Counted from the first letter of the stretch, positions 13,091 to 28,000 are shown. The stretch: 64,000 nt of DNA from the human T2T-CHM13v2.0 reference genome, Homo sapiens (GCF_009914755.1 NC_060925.1), one strand, 5' to 3'. Notes: generated by a model from the sequence alone, not told the origin. Numbers and translations are program-made.

Positions 13091-16000
13091 CAGAGTTGAA
13101 CGATCCTTTACACAGAGCAGACTTGAAACACTCTTTTTGTGGAATTTGCAAGTGGAGATTTCAGCCGCTTTGAGGTCAATAGTAGAAAAGGAAATATCTT
13201 CATAGAAAAACTAGACAGAATGATTCTCAGAAACTCCTTTGTGATGTGTGTGTTCAACTCACAGAGTTTAACCTTTCTTTTCATAGAGCAGTTAGTAAAC
13301 ACTCTGTTTATAAAGTCTGCAAGTGGATATTCAGACCCCTTTGAGGCCTTCGTTGGAAACGGGATTTCTTCATATTATGCTAGACAGAAGAATTCTCAGT
13401 AACTTCCTTGTGTTGTGTGTATTCAACTGACAGAGTTGAACTTTCATTTGGAGAGAGCAGATTTGAAACACTGTTTTTGTGGAATTTGCAAGTGGAGATT
13501 TCAAGCGCTTTGGGGCCAAAGGCAGAAAAGGAAATATCTTCGTATAAAAACTAGACAGAATCATTCTCAGAAACTGCTGCGAGATGTGTGCGTTCAACTC
13601 TCAGAGTTTAACTTTTCTTTTCATTCAGCGGTTTGGAAACACTGTGTTTGTAAAGTCTGCACGTGGATATTTTGACCACTTAGAGGCCTTCGTTGGAAAC
13701 GGGTTTTTTTCATGTAAGGCTAGACAGAAGAATTCCCAGTAACTTCCTTGTGTTGTGTGCATTCAACTCACAGAGTTGAACGTTCCCTTAGACAGAGCAG
13801 ATTTGAAACACTCTATTTGTGCAATTTGCAAGTGTAGATTTCAAGCGCTTTAAGGTCAACGGCAGAAAAGGAAATATCTTCGTTTCAAAACTAGACAGAA
13901 TCATTCCCACAAACTGCGTTGTGATGTGTTCGTTCAACTCACAGAGTTTAACCTTTCTGTTCATAGAGCAGTTAGGAAACACTCTGTTTGTAAAGTCTGT
14001 AAGTGGATATTCTGACATCTTGTGGCCTTCGTTGGAAACGGGATTTCTTCATATTCTGCTAGACAGAAGAATTCTCAGTAACTTCCTTGTGTTGTGTGTA
14101 TTCAACTCACAGAGTTGAACGATCCTTTACACAGAGCAGACTTGAAACACTCTTTTTGTGGAATTTGCAACTGGAGATTTCAGCCGCTTTGAGGTCAATG
14201 GTAGAATAGGAAATATCTTCTTATAGAAACTAGACAGAATGATTCTCATGAACTCCTTTGTGATGTGTGCGTTCAACTCACAGAGTTTAACCTTTCTTTT
14301 CATAGAGCAGTTAGGAAACACTCTGTTTGTAAAGTCTGCAAGTGGATATTCAGACCTCCTTGAGGCCTTCGTTGGAAACGGTGTTTCTTCATATTCTGCT
14401 AGACAGAAGAATTCTCAGTAGCTTCCTTGTGTTGTGTTTATTCAACTCACAGAGTTGAATGATCCTTTACACAGAGCAGACTTGAAACACTCTTTTTGTG
14501 GAATTTGCAAGTGGAGATTTCAGCCGCTTTGAGGTCAATGGTAGAAAAGTAAATATCTTCGTATAAAGACTAGACAGAATGATTCTCAGAAACTCCTTTG
14601 TGATGTGTGCGTTCAACTCACAGAGTTTAACCTTTCTGTTCATAGAGCAGTTAGGAAACACTCTGTTTGTAAAGTCTGCAAGTGGATATTCAGACCTCCT
14701 TGAGGCCTTCGTTGGAAACGGGATTTCTTCATATTCTGCTAGACAGAAGAATTCTCAGTAACTTCCTTGTGTTGCGTGTATTCAACTCACAGAGTTGAAT
14801 GATCCTTTACACAGAGCAGACTTTAAACACTCTTTTTGTGGAATTTGCAAGTGGAGATTTCAGCCGCTTTGAGGTCAATGGTAGAAAAGGAAATATCTTC
14901 GTATAAAGACTAGACAGAATGATTCTCAGAAACTCCTTTGTGATGTGTGCGTTCAACTCACAGAGTTTAACTTTTCTTTTCATAGAGCCGTTAGGAAACA
15001 CTCTGTTTGTAAAGTCTGCAAGTGGATATTCAGACCTCTTTGAGGCCTTCGTTGGAAACGGGATTTCTTCATATTATGGTAGACAGAAGAATTCTCAGTA
15101 ACTTCCTTGTGTTGTGTGTATTCAACTCACAGAGTTGAACGATCCTTTACACAGAGCAGACTTGAAACATTCTTTTTGTTGAATTTGCAAGTGGAGATTT
15201 CAGCCGCTTTGAGGTCAATGGTAGAATAGGAAATATCTTCCTATAGAAACTACACAGAACGATTCTCAGAAACTCCTTTGTGATGTGTGCGTTCAACTCA
15301 CAGAGTTTAACCTTTCTTTTCATAGAGCAGTTAGGAAACACTCTGTTTTTAAAGTCTGCAAGTGGATATTCAGACCTCTTTGAGGCCTTCGTTGGAAACG
15401 GGATTTCTTCATATTCTGCTAGACAGAAGAATTCTCAGTAACTTCCTTGTGTTGTGTGTATTCAACTCACAGAGTTGAACGATCCTTTACACAGAGCAGA
15501 CTTGAAACACTCTTTTTGTGGAATTTGCAAGTGGAGATTTCAGCCGCTTTGAGGTCAATAGTAGAAAAGGAAATATCTTCATAGAAAAACTAGACAGAAT
15601 GATTCTCAGAAACTCCTTTGTGATGTGTGCGTTCAACTCACAGAGTTTAACCTTTCTTTTCATAGAGCAGTTAGGAAACACTCTGTTTGTAAAGTCTGCA
15701 AGTGGATATTCAGACCTCTTTCAGGCCTTCGTTGGAAACGGGATTTCTTCATATTCTGCTAGACAGAATAATTCTCAGTAACTTCCTTGTGTTGTGTGTA
15801 TTCAACTCACAGAGTTGAAGGATCCTTTACAGAGAGCAGGCTTGAAACACTCTTTTTGTCGAATTTGCAAGTGGAGATTTCAGCCGCTTTGAGGTCAATG
15901 GTAGAAAAGTAAATATCTTCGTATAAAGACTAGACAGAATGATTCTCATAAACTCCTTTGTGATGTGTGCGTTCAACTCACAGAGTTTAACCTTTCTGTT

Positions 16001-19000
16001 CATAGAGCAGTTAGGAAACACTCTGTTTGTAAAGTCTGCAAGTGGATATTCAGACCTCCTTGAGGCCTTCGTTGGAAACGGGATTTCTTCATATTCTGCT
16101 AGACAGAAGAATTCTCAGTAACTTCCTTGTGTTGTGTTTATTCAACTCACAGAGTTGAATGATCCTTTACACAGAGCAGACTTGAAACACTCTTTTTGTG
16201 GAATTTGCAAGTGGAGATTTCAGCCGCTTTGAGGTCAATGGTAGAAAAGGAAATATCTTCGTATAAAGACTAGACAGAATGATTCTCAGAAACTCCTTTG
16301 TGATGTGTGCGTTCAACTCACAGAGTTTAACCTTTCTGTTCATAGAGCAGTTAGGAAACACTCTGTTTGTAAAGTCTGTAAGTGGATATTCTGACATTTT
16401 GTGGCCTTCGTTGGAAACGGGATTTCTTCATATTCTGCTAGACAGAAGAATTCTCAGTAACTTCCTTGTGTTGTGTGTATTCAACTCACAGAGTTGAACG
16501 ATCCTTTACACAGAGCAGACTTGAAACACTCTTTTTGTGGAATTTGCAAGTGGAGATTTCAGCCGCTTTGAGGTCAATGGTAGAAAAGGAAACTATCTTC
16601 ATATAAAGACTAGACAGAATGATTCTCAGAAACTCCTTTGTGCTGTGTGTGTTCAACTCACAGAGTTTAACCTTTCTTTTCATAGAGCAGTTAGTAAACA
16701 CTCTGTTTATAAAGTCTGCAAGTGGATATTCTGACCCCTTTGAGGCCTTCGTTGGAAACGGGATTTCTTCATATTATGCTAGACAGAAGAATTCTCAGTA
16801 ACTTCCTTGTGTTGTGTGTATTCAACTGACAGAGTTGAACTTTCTTTTAGAGAGAGCAGATTTGAAACACTGTTTTTGTGGAATTTGCAACTGGAGATTT
16901 CAAGCGCTTTGGGGCCAAAGGCAGAAAAGGAAATATCTTCGTATAAAAACTAGACAGAATCATTCTCAGAAACTGCTGCGTGATGTGTGCGTTCAACTCT
17001 CAGAGTTTAACTTTTCTTTTCATTCAGCGGTTTGGAAACACTCTGTTTGTAAAGTCTGCACGTGGATATTTTGACCACTTAGAGGCCTTCGTTGGAAACG
17101 GGTTTTTTTCATGTAAGGCTAGACAGAAGAATTCCCAGTAACTTCCTTGTGTTGTGTGCATTCAACTCACAGAGTTGAACGTTCCCTTAGACAGAGCAGA
17201 TTTGAAACACTCTATTTGTGCAATTTGCAAGTGTAGATTTCAAGCGCTTTAAGGTCAACGGCAGAAAAGGAAATATCTTCGTTTCAAAACTAGACAGAAT
17301 CATTCCCACAAACTGCGTTGTGATGTGTTCGTTCAACTCACAGAGTTTAACCTTTCTGTTCATAGAGCAGTTAGGAAACACTCTGTTTGTAAAGTCTGTA
17401 AGTGGATATTCTGACATCTTGTGGCCTTCGTTGGAAACGGGATTTCTTCATATTCTGCTAGACAGAAGAATTCTCAGTAACTTCCTTGTGTTGTGTGTAT
17501 TCAACTCACAGAGTTGAACGATCCTTTACACAGAGCAGACTTGAAACACTCTTTTTGTGGAATTTGCAACTGGAGATTTCAGCCGCTTTGAGGTCAATGG
17601 TAGAAAAGGAAACTATCTTCATATAAAGACTAGACAGAATGATTCTCAGAAAATCTTTTGTGATGTGTGCGTTCAACTCACAGAGTTTAACTTTTCTTCT
17701 CATAGAGCAGTTAGGAAACACTCTGTTTGTAAAGTGTGCAAGTGGATATTCAGACCTCTTTGAGGCCTTCGTTGGAAACGGGATTTCTTCATATTATGCT
17801 AGACAGAATAATTCTCAGTAACTTCCTTGTGTTGTGTGTATTCAACTCACAGAGTTGAAGGATCCTTTACAGAGAGCAGGCTTGAAACACTCTTTTTGTC
17901 GAATTTGCAAGTGGAGATTTCAGCCGCTTTGAGGTCAATGGTAGAATAGGAAATATCTTCTTATAGAAACTAGACAGAATGATTCTCATGAACTCCTTTG
18001 TGATGTGTGCGTTGAACTCACAGAGTTTAACCTTTCTTTTCATAGAGCAGTTAGGAAACACTCTGTTTGTAAAGTCTGCAAGTGGATATTCAGACCTCCT
18101 TGAGGCCTTCGTTGGAAACGGGATTTCTTCATATTCTGCTACACAGAAGAATTCTCAGTAACTTCCTTGTGTTGTGTTTATTCAACTCACAGAGTTGAAT
18201 GATCCTTTACACAGAGCAGACTTGAAACACTATTTTTGTGGAAATTGCAAGTGGAGATTTCAGCCGCTTTGAGGTCAATGGTAGAAAAGTAAATATCTTC
18301 GTATAAAGACTAGACAGAATGATTCTCAGAAACTCCTTTGTGATGTGTGCGTTCAACTCACAGAGTTTAACCTTTCTGTTCATAGAGCAGTTAGGAAACA
18401 CTCTGTTTGTAAAGTCTGCAAGTGGATATTCAGACCTCCTTGAGGCCTTCGTTGAAAAAGGGATTTCTTCATATTCTGCTAGACAGAAGAATTCTCAGTA
18501 ACTTCCTTGTGTTGTGTGTATTCAACTCACAGAGTTGAACGATCCTTTACACAGAGCAGACTTGAAACACTCTTTCTGTGGAATTTGCAAGTGGAGATTT
18601 CAGCCGCTTTGAGGTCAATAGTAGAAAAGGAAATATCTTCGTAGAAAAACTAGACAGAATGATTCTCAGAAACTCCTTTGTGATGTGTGTGTTCAACTCA
18701 CAGAGTTTAACCTTTCTTTTCATAGAGCAGTTAGTAAACACTCTGTTTATAATGTCTGCAAGTGGATATTCAGACCCCTTTGAGGCCTTCGTTGGAAACG
18801 GGATTTCTTCATATTATGCTAGACAGAAGAATTCTCAGTAACTTCCTTGTGTTGTGTGTATTCAACTGACAGAGTTGAACTTTCTTTTAGAGAGAGCAGA
18901 TTTGAAACACTGTTTTTGTGGAATTTGCAACTGGAGATTTCAAGCGCTTTGGGGCCAAAGGCAGAAAAGGAAATATCTTCGTATAAAAACTAGACAGAAT

Positions 19001-22000
19001 CATTCTCAGAAACTGCTGCGTGATGTGTGCGTTCAACTCTCAGAGTTTAACTTTTCTTTTCATTCAGCGGTTTGGAAACACTCTGTTTGTAAAGTCTGCA
19101 CGTGGATATTTTGACCACTTAGAGGCCTTCGTTGGAAACGGGTTTTTTTCATGTAAGGCTAGACAGAAGAATTCCCAGTAACTTCCTTGTGTTGTGTGCA
19201 TTCAACTCACAGAGTTGAACGTTCCCTTAGACAGAGCAGATTTGAAACACTCTCTTTGTGCAATTTGCAAGTGTAGATTTCAAGCGCTTTAAGGTCAACG
19301 GCAGAAAAGGAAATATCTTCGTTTCAAAACTAGACAGAATCATTCCCACAAACTGCGTTGTGATGTGTTCGTTCAACTCACAGAGTTTAACCTTTCTGTT
19401 CATAGAGCAGTTAGGAAACACTCTGTTTGTAAAGTCTGTAAGTGGATATTCTGACATCTTGTGGCCTTCGTTGGAAACGGGATTTCTTCATATTCTGCTA
19501 GACAGAAGAATTCTCAGTAACTTCCTTGTGTTGTGTGTATTCAACTCACAGAGTTGAATGATCCTTTACACAGAGCAGACTTGAAACACTCTTTTTGGGG
19601 AATTTGCAAGTGGAGATTTCAGCCGCTTTGAGGTCAATGGGAGAAAAGGAAACTATCTTCATATAAAGACTAGACAGAATGATTCTCAGAAAATCTTTTG
19701 TGATGTGTGCGTTCAACTCACAGAGTTTAACTTTTCTTCTCATAGAGCAGTTAGGAAACACTCTGTTTGTAAAGTGTGCAAGTGGATATTCAGACCTCCT
19801 TTAGGCCTTCGTTGGAAACGGGATTTCTTCATATTCTGCTAGACAGAATAATTCTCAGTAACTTCCTTGTGTTGTGTGTATTCAACTCACAGAGTTGAAC
19901 GATCCTTTACACAGAGCAGACTTGAAACATTCTTTTTGTGGAATTTGCAAGTGGAGATTTCAGCCGCTTTGAGGTCAATGGTAGAATAGGAAATATCTTC
20001 CTATAGAAACTAGACAGAACGATTCTCAGAAACTCCTTTGTGATGTGTGCGTTCAACTCACAGAGTTTAACCTTTCTTTTCATAGAGCAGTTAGGAAACA
20101 CTCTGTTTGTAAAGTCTGCAAGTGGATATTCAGACCTCTTTGAGGCCTTCGTTGGAAACGGGATTTCTTCATATTCTGCTAGACAGAAGAATTCTCAGTA
20201 ACTTCCTTGTGTTGTGTGTATTCAACTCACAGAGTTGAACGATCCTTTACACAGAGCAGACTTGAAACACTCTTTTTGTGGAATTTGCAAGTGGAGATTT
20301 CAGCCGCTTTGAGGTCAATAGTAGAAAAGGAAATATCTTCGTAGAAAAACTAGACAGAATGATTCTCAGAAACTCCTTTGTGATGTGTGTGTTCAACTCA
20401 CAGAGTTTAACCTTTCTTTTCATAGAGCAGTTAGTAAACACTCTGTTTGTAATGTCTGCAAGTGGATATTCAGACCCTTTGAGGCCTTCGTTGGAAACGG
20501 GATTTCTTCATATTATGCTAGACAGAAGAATTCTCAGTAACTTCCTTGTGTTGTGTTTATTCAACTCACGGAGTTGAATGATCCTTTACACAGAGCAGAC
20601 TTGAAACACTCTTTTTGTGGAATTTGCAAGTGGAGATTTCAGCCGCTTTGAGGTCAATGGTAGAAAAGTAAATATCTTCGTATAAAGACTAGACAGAATG
20701 ATTCTCAGAAACTCCTTAGTGATGTGTGCGTTCAACTCACAGAGTTTAACCTTTCTGTTCATAGAGCAGTTAGGAAACACTCTGTTTGTAAAGTGTGCAA
20801 GTGGATATTCAGACCTCCTTGAGGCCTTCGTTGGAAACGGGATTTCTTCATATTCTGCTAGACAGAAGAATTCTCAGTAACTTCCTTGTGTTGTGTGTAT
20901 TCAACTCACAGAGTTGAACGATCCTTTACACAGAGCAGACTTGAAACACTCTTTTTGTGGAATTTGCAAGTGGAGATTTCAGCCGCTTTGAGGTCAATAG
21001 TAGAAAAGGAAATATCTTCGTAGAAAAACTAGACAGAATGATTCTCAGAAACTCCTTTGTGATGTGTGTGTTCAACTCACAGAGTTTAACCTTTCTTTTC
21101 ATAGAGCAGTTAGTAAACACTCTGTTTATAAAGTCTGCAAGTGGATATTCAGACCCCTTTGAGGCCTTCGTTGGAAACGGGATTTCTTCATATTATGCTA
21201 GACAGAAGAATTCTCAGTAACTTCCTTGTGTTGTGTGTATTCAACTGACAGAGTTGAACTTTCATTTAGAGAGAGCAGATTTGAAACACTGTTTTTGAGG
21301 AATTTGCAAGTGGAGATTTCAAGCGCTTTGGGGCCAAAGGCAGAAAAGGAAATATCTTCGTATAAAAACTAGACAGAATCATTCTCAGAAACTGCTGCGT
21401 GATGTGTGCGTTCAACTCTCAGAGTTTAACTTTTCTTTTCATTCAGCGGTTTGGAAACACTCTGTTTGTAAAGTCTGCACGTGGATATTTTGACCACTTA
21501 GAGGCCTTCGTTGGAAACGGGTTTTTTTCATGTAAGGCTAGACAGAAGAATTCCCAGTAACTTCCTTGTGTTGTGTGCATTCAACTCACAGAGTTCAACG
21601 TTCCCTTAGACAGAGCAGATTTGAAACACTCTATTTGTGCAATTTGCAAGTGTAGATTTCAAGCGCTTTAAGGTCAACGGCAGAAAAGGAAATATCTTCG
21701 TTTGAAAACTAGACAGAATCATTCCCACAAACTGCGTTGTGATGTGTTCGTTCAACTCACAGAGTTTAACCTTTCTGTTCATAGAGCAGTTAGGAAACAC
21801 TCTGTTTGTAAAGTCTGCAAGTGGATATTCTGACATCTTGTGGCCTTCGTTGGAAACGGGATTTCTTCATATTCTGCTAGACAGAAGAATTCTCAGTAAC
21901 TTCCTTGTGTTGTGTGTATTCAACTCACAGAGTTGAACGATCCTTTACACAGAGCAGACTTGAAACACTCTTTTTGTGGAATTTGCAAGTGGAGATTTCA

Positions 22001-25000
22001 GCCGCTTTGAGGTCAATGGTAGAAAAGGAAACTATCTTCATATAAAGACTAGACAGAATGATTCTCAGAAAATCTTTTGTGATGTGTGCGTTCAACTCAC
22101 AGAGTTTAACTTTTCTTCTCATAGAGCAGTTAGGAAACACTCTGTTTGTAAAGTCTGCAAGTGGATATTCAGACCTCTTTGAGGCCTTCGTTGGAAACGG
22201 GATTTCTTCATATTATGCTAGACAGAATAATTCTCAGTAACTTCCTTGTGTTGTGTGTATTCAACTCACAGAGTTGAAGGATCCTTTACAGAGAGCAGGC
22301 TTGAAACACTCTTTTTGTCGAATTTGCAAGTGGAGATTTCAGCCGCTTTGAGGTCAATGGTAGAATAGGAAATATCTTCTTATAGAAACTAGACAGAATG
22401 ATTCTCATAAACTCCTTTGTGATGTGTGCGTTCAACTCACAGAGTTTAACCTTTCTTTTCATAGAGCAGTTAGGAAACACTCTGTTTGAAAAGTCTGCAA
22501 GTGGATATTCAGACCTCCTTGAGGCCTTCGTTGGAAACGGGATTTCTTCATATTCTGCTAGACAGAAGAATTCTCAGTAACTTCCTTGTGTTGTGTTTAT
22601 TCAACTCACAGAGTTGAATGATCCTTTACACAGAGCAGACTTGAAACACTCTTTTTGTGGAATTTGCAAGTGGAGATTTCAGCCGCTTTGAGGTCAATGG
22701 TAGAAAAGTAAATATCTTCGTATAAAGACTAGACAGAATGATTCTCAGAAACTCCTTAGTGATGTGTGCGTTCAACTCACAGAGTTTAACCTTTCTGTTC
22801 ATAGAGCAGTTAGGAAACACTCTGTTTGTAAAGTCTGCAAGTGGATATTCAGACCTCCTTGAGGCCTTCGTTGGAAACGGGATTTCTTCATATTCTGCTA
22901 GACAGAAGAATTCTCAGTAACTTCCTTGTGTTGTGTGTATTCAACTCACAGAGTTGAACGATCCTTTACACAGAGCAGACTTGAAACACTCTTTTTGTGG
23001 AATTTGCAAGTGGAGATTTCAGCCGCTTTGAGGTCAATAGTATAAAAGGAAATATCTTCGTAGAAAAACTAGACAGAATGATTCTCAGAAACTCCTTTGT
23101 GATGTGTGTGTTCAACTCACAGAGTTTAACCTTTCTTTTCATAGAGCAGTTAGTAAACACTCTGTTTATAAAGTCTGCAAGTGGATATTCAGACCCCTTT
23201 GAGGCCTTCGTTGGAAACGGGATTTCTTCATATTATGCTAGACAGAAGAATTCTCAGTAACTTCCTTGTGTTGTGTGTATTCAACTGACAGAGTTGAACT
23301 TTCATTTAGAGAGAGCAGATTTGAAACACTGTTTTTGTGGAATTTGCAAGTGGAGATTTCAAGCGCTTTGGGGCCAAAGGCAGAAAAGGAAATATCTTCG
23401 TATAAAAACTAGACAGAATCATTCTCAGAAACTGCTGCGTGATGTGTGCGTTCAACTCTCAGAGTTTAACTTTTCTTTTCATTCAGCAGTTTGGAAACAC
23501 TCTGTTTGTAAAGTCTGCACGTGGATATTTTGACCACTTAGAGGCCTTCGTTGGAAACGGGTTTTTTTCATGTAAGGCTAGACAGAAGAATTCCCAGTAA
23601 CTTCCTTGTGTTGGGTGCATTCAACTCACAGAGTTGAACGTTCCCTTAGACAGAGCAGATTTGAAACAGCCTATTTGTGCAATTTGCAAGTGTAGATTTC
23701 AAGGGCTTTAAGGTCAACGGCAGGAAAGGAAATATCTTCCTTTCAAAACTAGACAGAATCATTCCCACAAACTGCGTTGTGATGTGTTCGTTCAACTCAC
23801 AGAGTTTAACCTTTCTGTTCATAGAGCAGTTAGGAAACACTCTGTTTGTAAAGTCAGTAAGTGGATATTCTGACATCTTGTGGCCTTTGTTGGAAACGGG
23901 ATTTCTTCATATTCTGCTAGACAGAAGAATTCTCAGTAACTTCCTTGTGTTGTGTGTATTCAACTCACAGAGTTGAACGATTCTTTACACAGAGCAGACT
24001 TGAAACACTCTTTTTGTGGAATTTGCAAGTGGAGATTTCAGCCGCTTTGAGGTCAATGGTAGAAAAGGAAACTATCTTCATATAAAGACTAGACAGAATG
24101 ATTCTCAGAAAATCTTTTGTGATGTGTGCGTTCAACTCACAGAGTTTAACTTTTCTTTTCATAGAGCAGTTAGGAAACACTCTGTTTGTAAAGTCTGCAA
24201 GTGGATATTCAGACCTCTTTGAGGCCTTCGTTGGAAACGGGATTTCTATATATTCTGCTAGACAGAAGAATTCTCAGTAACTTCCTTGTGTTGTGTGTAT
24301 TCAACTCACAGAGTTGAACGATCCTTTACACAGAGCAGACTTGAAACACTCTTTTTGTGGAATTTGCAAGTGGAGATTTCAGCCGCTTTGAGGTCAATAG
24401 TAGAAAAGGAAATATCTTCGTAGAAAAACTAGACAGAATGATTCTCAGAAACTCCTTTGTGATGTGTGTGTTCAACTCACAGAGTTTAACCTTTCTTTTC
24501 CTAGAGCAGTTAGTAAACACTCTGTTTAAAAAGTCTGCAAGTGGATATTCAGACCCCTTTGAGGCCTTCGTTGGAAACGGGATTTCTTCATATTATGGTA
24601 GACAGAAGAATTCTCAGTAACTTCCTTGTGTTGTGTGTATTCAACTGACAGAGTTGAACTTTCATTTAGAGAGAGTAGATTTGAAACACTGTTTTTGTGG
24701 AATTTGCAAGTGGAGATTACAAGCGCTTTGGGGCCAAAGGCAGAAAAGGAAATATCTTCGTATAAAAACTAGACAGAATCATTCTCAGAAACTGCTGCGT
24801 GATGTGTGCGTTCAACTCTCAGAGTTTAACTTTTCTTTTCATTCAGCGGTTTGGAAACACTCTGTTTGTAAAAACTGCACGTGGATATTTTGACCACTTA
24901 GAGGCCTTCGTTGGAAACGGGTTTTTTTCATGTAAGGCTAGACAGAAGAATTCCCAGTAACTTCCTTGTGTTGTGTGCATTCAACTCACAGAGTTGAACG

Positions 25001-28000
25001 TTCCCTTAGACAGAGCAGATTTGAAACACTCTATTTGTGCAATTTGCAAGTGTAGATTTCAAGCGCTTTAAGGTCAATGGCAGAAAAGAAAATATCTTCG
25101 TTTCAAAACTAGACAGAATCATTCCCACAAACTGCGTTGTGATGTGTTCGTTCAACTCACAGAGTTTAACCTTTCTGTTCATAGAGCAGTTAGGAAACAC
25201 TCTGTAAAGTCTGTAAGTGGATATTCTGACATCTTGTGGCCTTCGTTGGAAACGGGATTTCTTCATATTCTGCTAGACAGAAGAATTCTCAGTAACTTCC
25301 TTGTGTTGTGTGTATTCAACACACAGAGTTGAACGATCCTTTACACAGAGCAGACTTGAAACACTCTTTTTGTGGAATTTGCAAGTGGAGATTTCAGCCG
25401 CTTTGATGTCAATGGTAGAAAAGGAAATATCTTCGTATAAAGACTAGACAGAATGATTCTCAGAAACTCTTTTGTGATGTGTGCGTTCAACTCACAGAGT
25501 TTAACCTTTCTGTTCATAGAGCAGTTAGGAAACACTCTGTTTGTAAAGTCTGCAAGTGGATATTCAGACCTCCTTGAGACCTTCGTTGGAAACGGGATTT
25601 CTTCATATTCTGCTAGACAGAAGAATTCTCAGTAACTTCCTTGTGTGGTGTGTATTCAACTCACAGAGGTGTACGATCCTTTACACAAAGCAGACTTGAA
25701 ACACTCTTTTTGTGGAATTTGCAAGTGGAGATTTCAGCCGCTTTGAGGTCAATTGTAGAAAAGGAAATATCTTCGCATAAAGAATAGACAGAATGATTCT
25801 CAGAAACTCCTTTGTGATGTGTGCGTTCAACTCACAGAGTTTAACCTTTCTGTTCATAGAGCAGTTAGGAAACACTCTGTTTGTAAAGTCTGCAAGTGGA
25901 TATTCAGACCTCCTTGAGGCCTTCGGTGGAAACGGGATTTCTTCATATTATGCTAGACAGAAGAATTCTCAGTAACTTCCTTGTGTTGTGTGTATTCAAC
26001 TCACAGAGTTGAACGATCCTTTACACAGAGCAGACTTGAAACACTGTTTTTGTGGAATTTGCAAGTGGAGATTTCAGCCGCTTTGAGGTCAATGGTAGAA
26101 TAGGAAATATCTTCCTATAGAAACTAGACAGAATGATTCTCAGAAACTCCTTTGTGATGTGTGCGTTCAACTCACAGAGTTTAACCTTCCTTTTCATAGA
26201 GCAGTTAGGAAACACTCTGTTTGTAAAGTCTGCAAGTGGATATTCAGACCTCTTTGAGGCCTTCGTTGGAAACGGGATTTCTTCATATTCTGCTAGACAG
26301 AAGAATTCTCAGTAACTTCCTAGTGTTGTGTGTATTCAACTCACAGAGTTGAACGATCCTTTACACAGAGCAGACTTGAAACACTCTTTTTGTGGAATTT
26401 GCAAGTGGAGATTTCAGCCGCTTTGAGGTCAATAGTAGAAAAGGAAATATCTTCGTAGAAAAACTAGGCAGAATGATTCTCAGAAACTCCTTTGTGATGT
26501 GTGTGTTCAACTCACAGAGTTTAACCTTTCTTTTCATAGAGCAGTTAGTAAACACTCTGTTTATAAAGTCTGCAAGTGGATATTCAGGCCCCTTTGAGGC
26601 CTTCGTTGGAAACGGGATTTCTTCATATTATGCTAGACAGAAGAATTCTCAGTAACTTCCTTGTGTTGTGTGTATTCAACTGACAGAGTTGAACTTTCAT
26701 TTAGAGAGAGCAGATTTGAAACACTGTTTTTGTGGAATTTGCAAGTGGAGATTTCAAGCGCTTTGGGGCCAAGGGCAGAAAAGGAAATATCTTCGTATAA
26801 AAACTAGACAGAATCATTCTCAGAAACTGCTGCATGATGTGTGCGTTCAACTCTCAGAGTTTAACTTTTCTTTTCATTCAGCGGTTTGGAAACACTCTGT
26901 TTGTAAAGTCTGCACGTGGATATTTTGACCACTTAGAGGCCTTCGTTGGAAACGGGTTTTTTTTCATGTAAGGCTAGACAGAAGAATTCCCAGTAACTTC
27001 CTTGTGTTGTGTGCATTCAACTCACAGAGTTGAACGTTCCCTTAGACAGAGCAGATTTGAAACACTCTCTTTGTGCAATTTGCAAGTGTAGATTTCAAGC
27101 GCTTTAAGGTCAACGGCAGAAAAGGAAATATCTTCGTTTCAAAACTAGACAGAATCATTCCCACAAACTGCGTTGTGATGTGTTCGTTCAACTCACAGAG
27201 TTTAACCTTTCTGTTCATAGAGCAGTTAGGAAACACTCTGTTTGTAAAGTCTGTAAGTGGATATTCTGACATCTTGTGGCCTTCGTTGGAAACGGGATTT
27301 CTTCATATTCTGCTAGACAGAAGAATTCTCAGTAACTTCCTTGTGTTGTGTGTATTCAACTCACAGAGTTGAACGATCCTTTACACAGAGCAGACTTGAA
27401 ACACTCTTTTTGTGGAATTTGCAAGTGGAGATTTCAGCCGCTTTGAGGTCAATGGTAGAAAAGGAAACTATCTTCATATAAAGACTAGACAGAATGATTC
27501 TCAGAAAATCTATTGTGATGTGTGCGTTCAACTCACAGAGTTTAACTTTTCTTCTCATAGAGCAGTTAGGAAACACTCTGTTTGTAAAGTGTGCAAGTGG
27601 ATATTCAGACCTCTTTGAGGCCTTCGTTGGAAACGGGATTTCTTCATATTATGCTAGACAGAATAATTCTCAGTAACTTCCTTGTGTTGTGTGTATTCAA
27701 CTCACAGAGTTGAAGGATCCTTTACAGAGAGCAGGCTTGAAACACTCTTTTTGTCGAATTTGCAAGTGGAGATTTCAGCCGCTTTGAGGTCAATGGTAGA
27801 ATAGGAAATATCTTCCTATAGAAAATAGACAGAACGATTCTCAGAAACTCCTTTGTGATGTGTGCGTTCAACTCACAGAGTTTAACCTTTCTTTTCATAG
27901 AGCAGTTAGGAAACACTCTGTTTGTAACGTCTGCAAGTGGATATTCAGACCTCTTTGAGGCCTTCGTTGGAAACGGGATTTCTTCATATTCTGCTAGACA

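Noticed and set aside
26950-26970. T8 instead of T7 after the D-type CENP-B box (also ~33,756 and ~44,970)
   Set aside because: Ordinary homopolymer slippage or sequencing error. Two of the three are explained by the 11,214-bp duplication.
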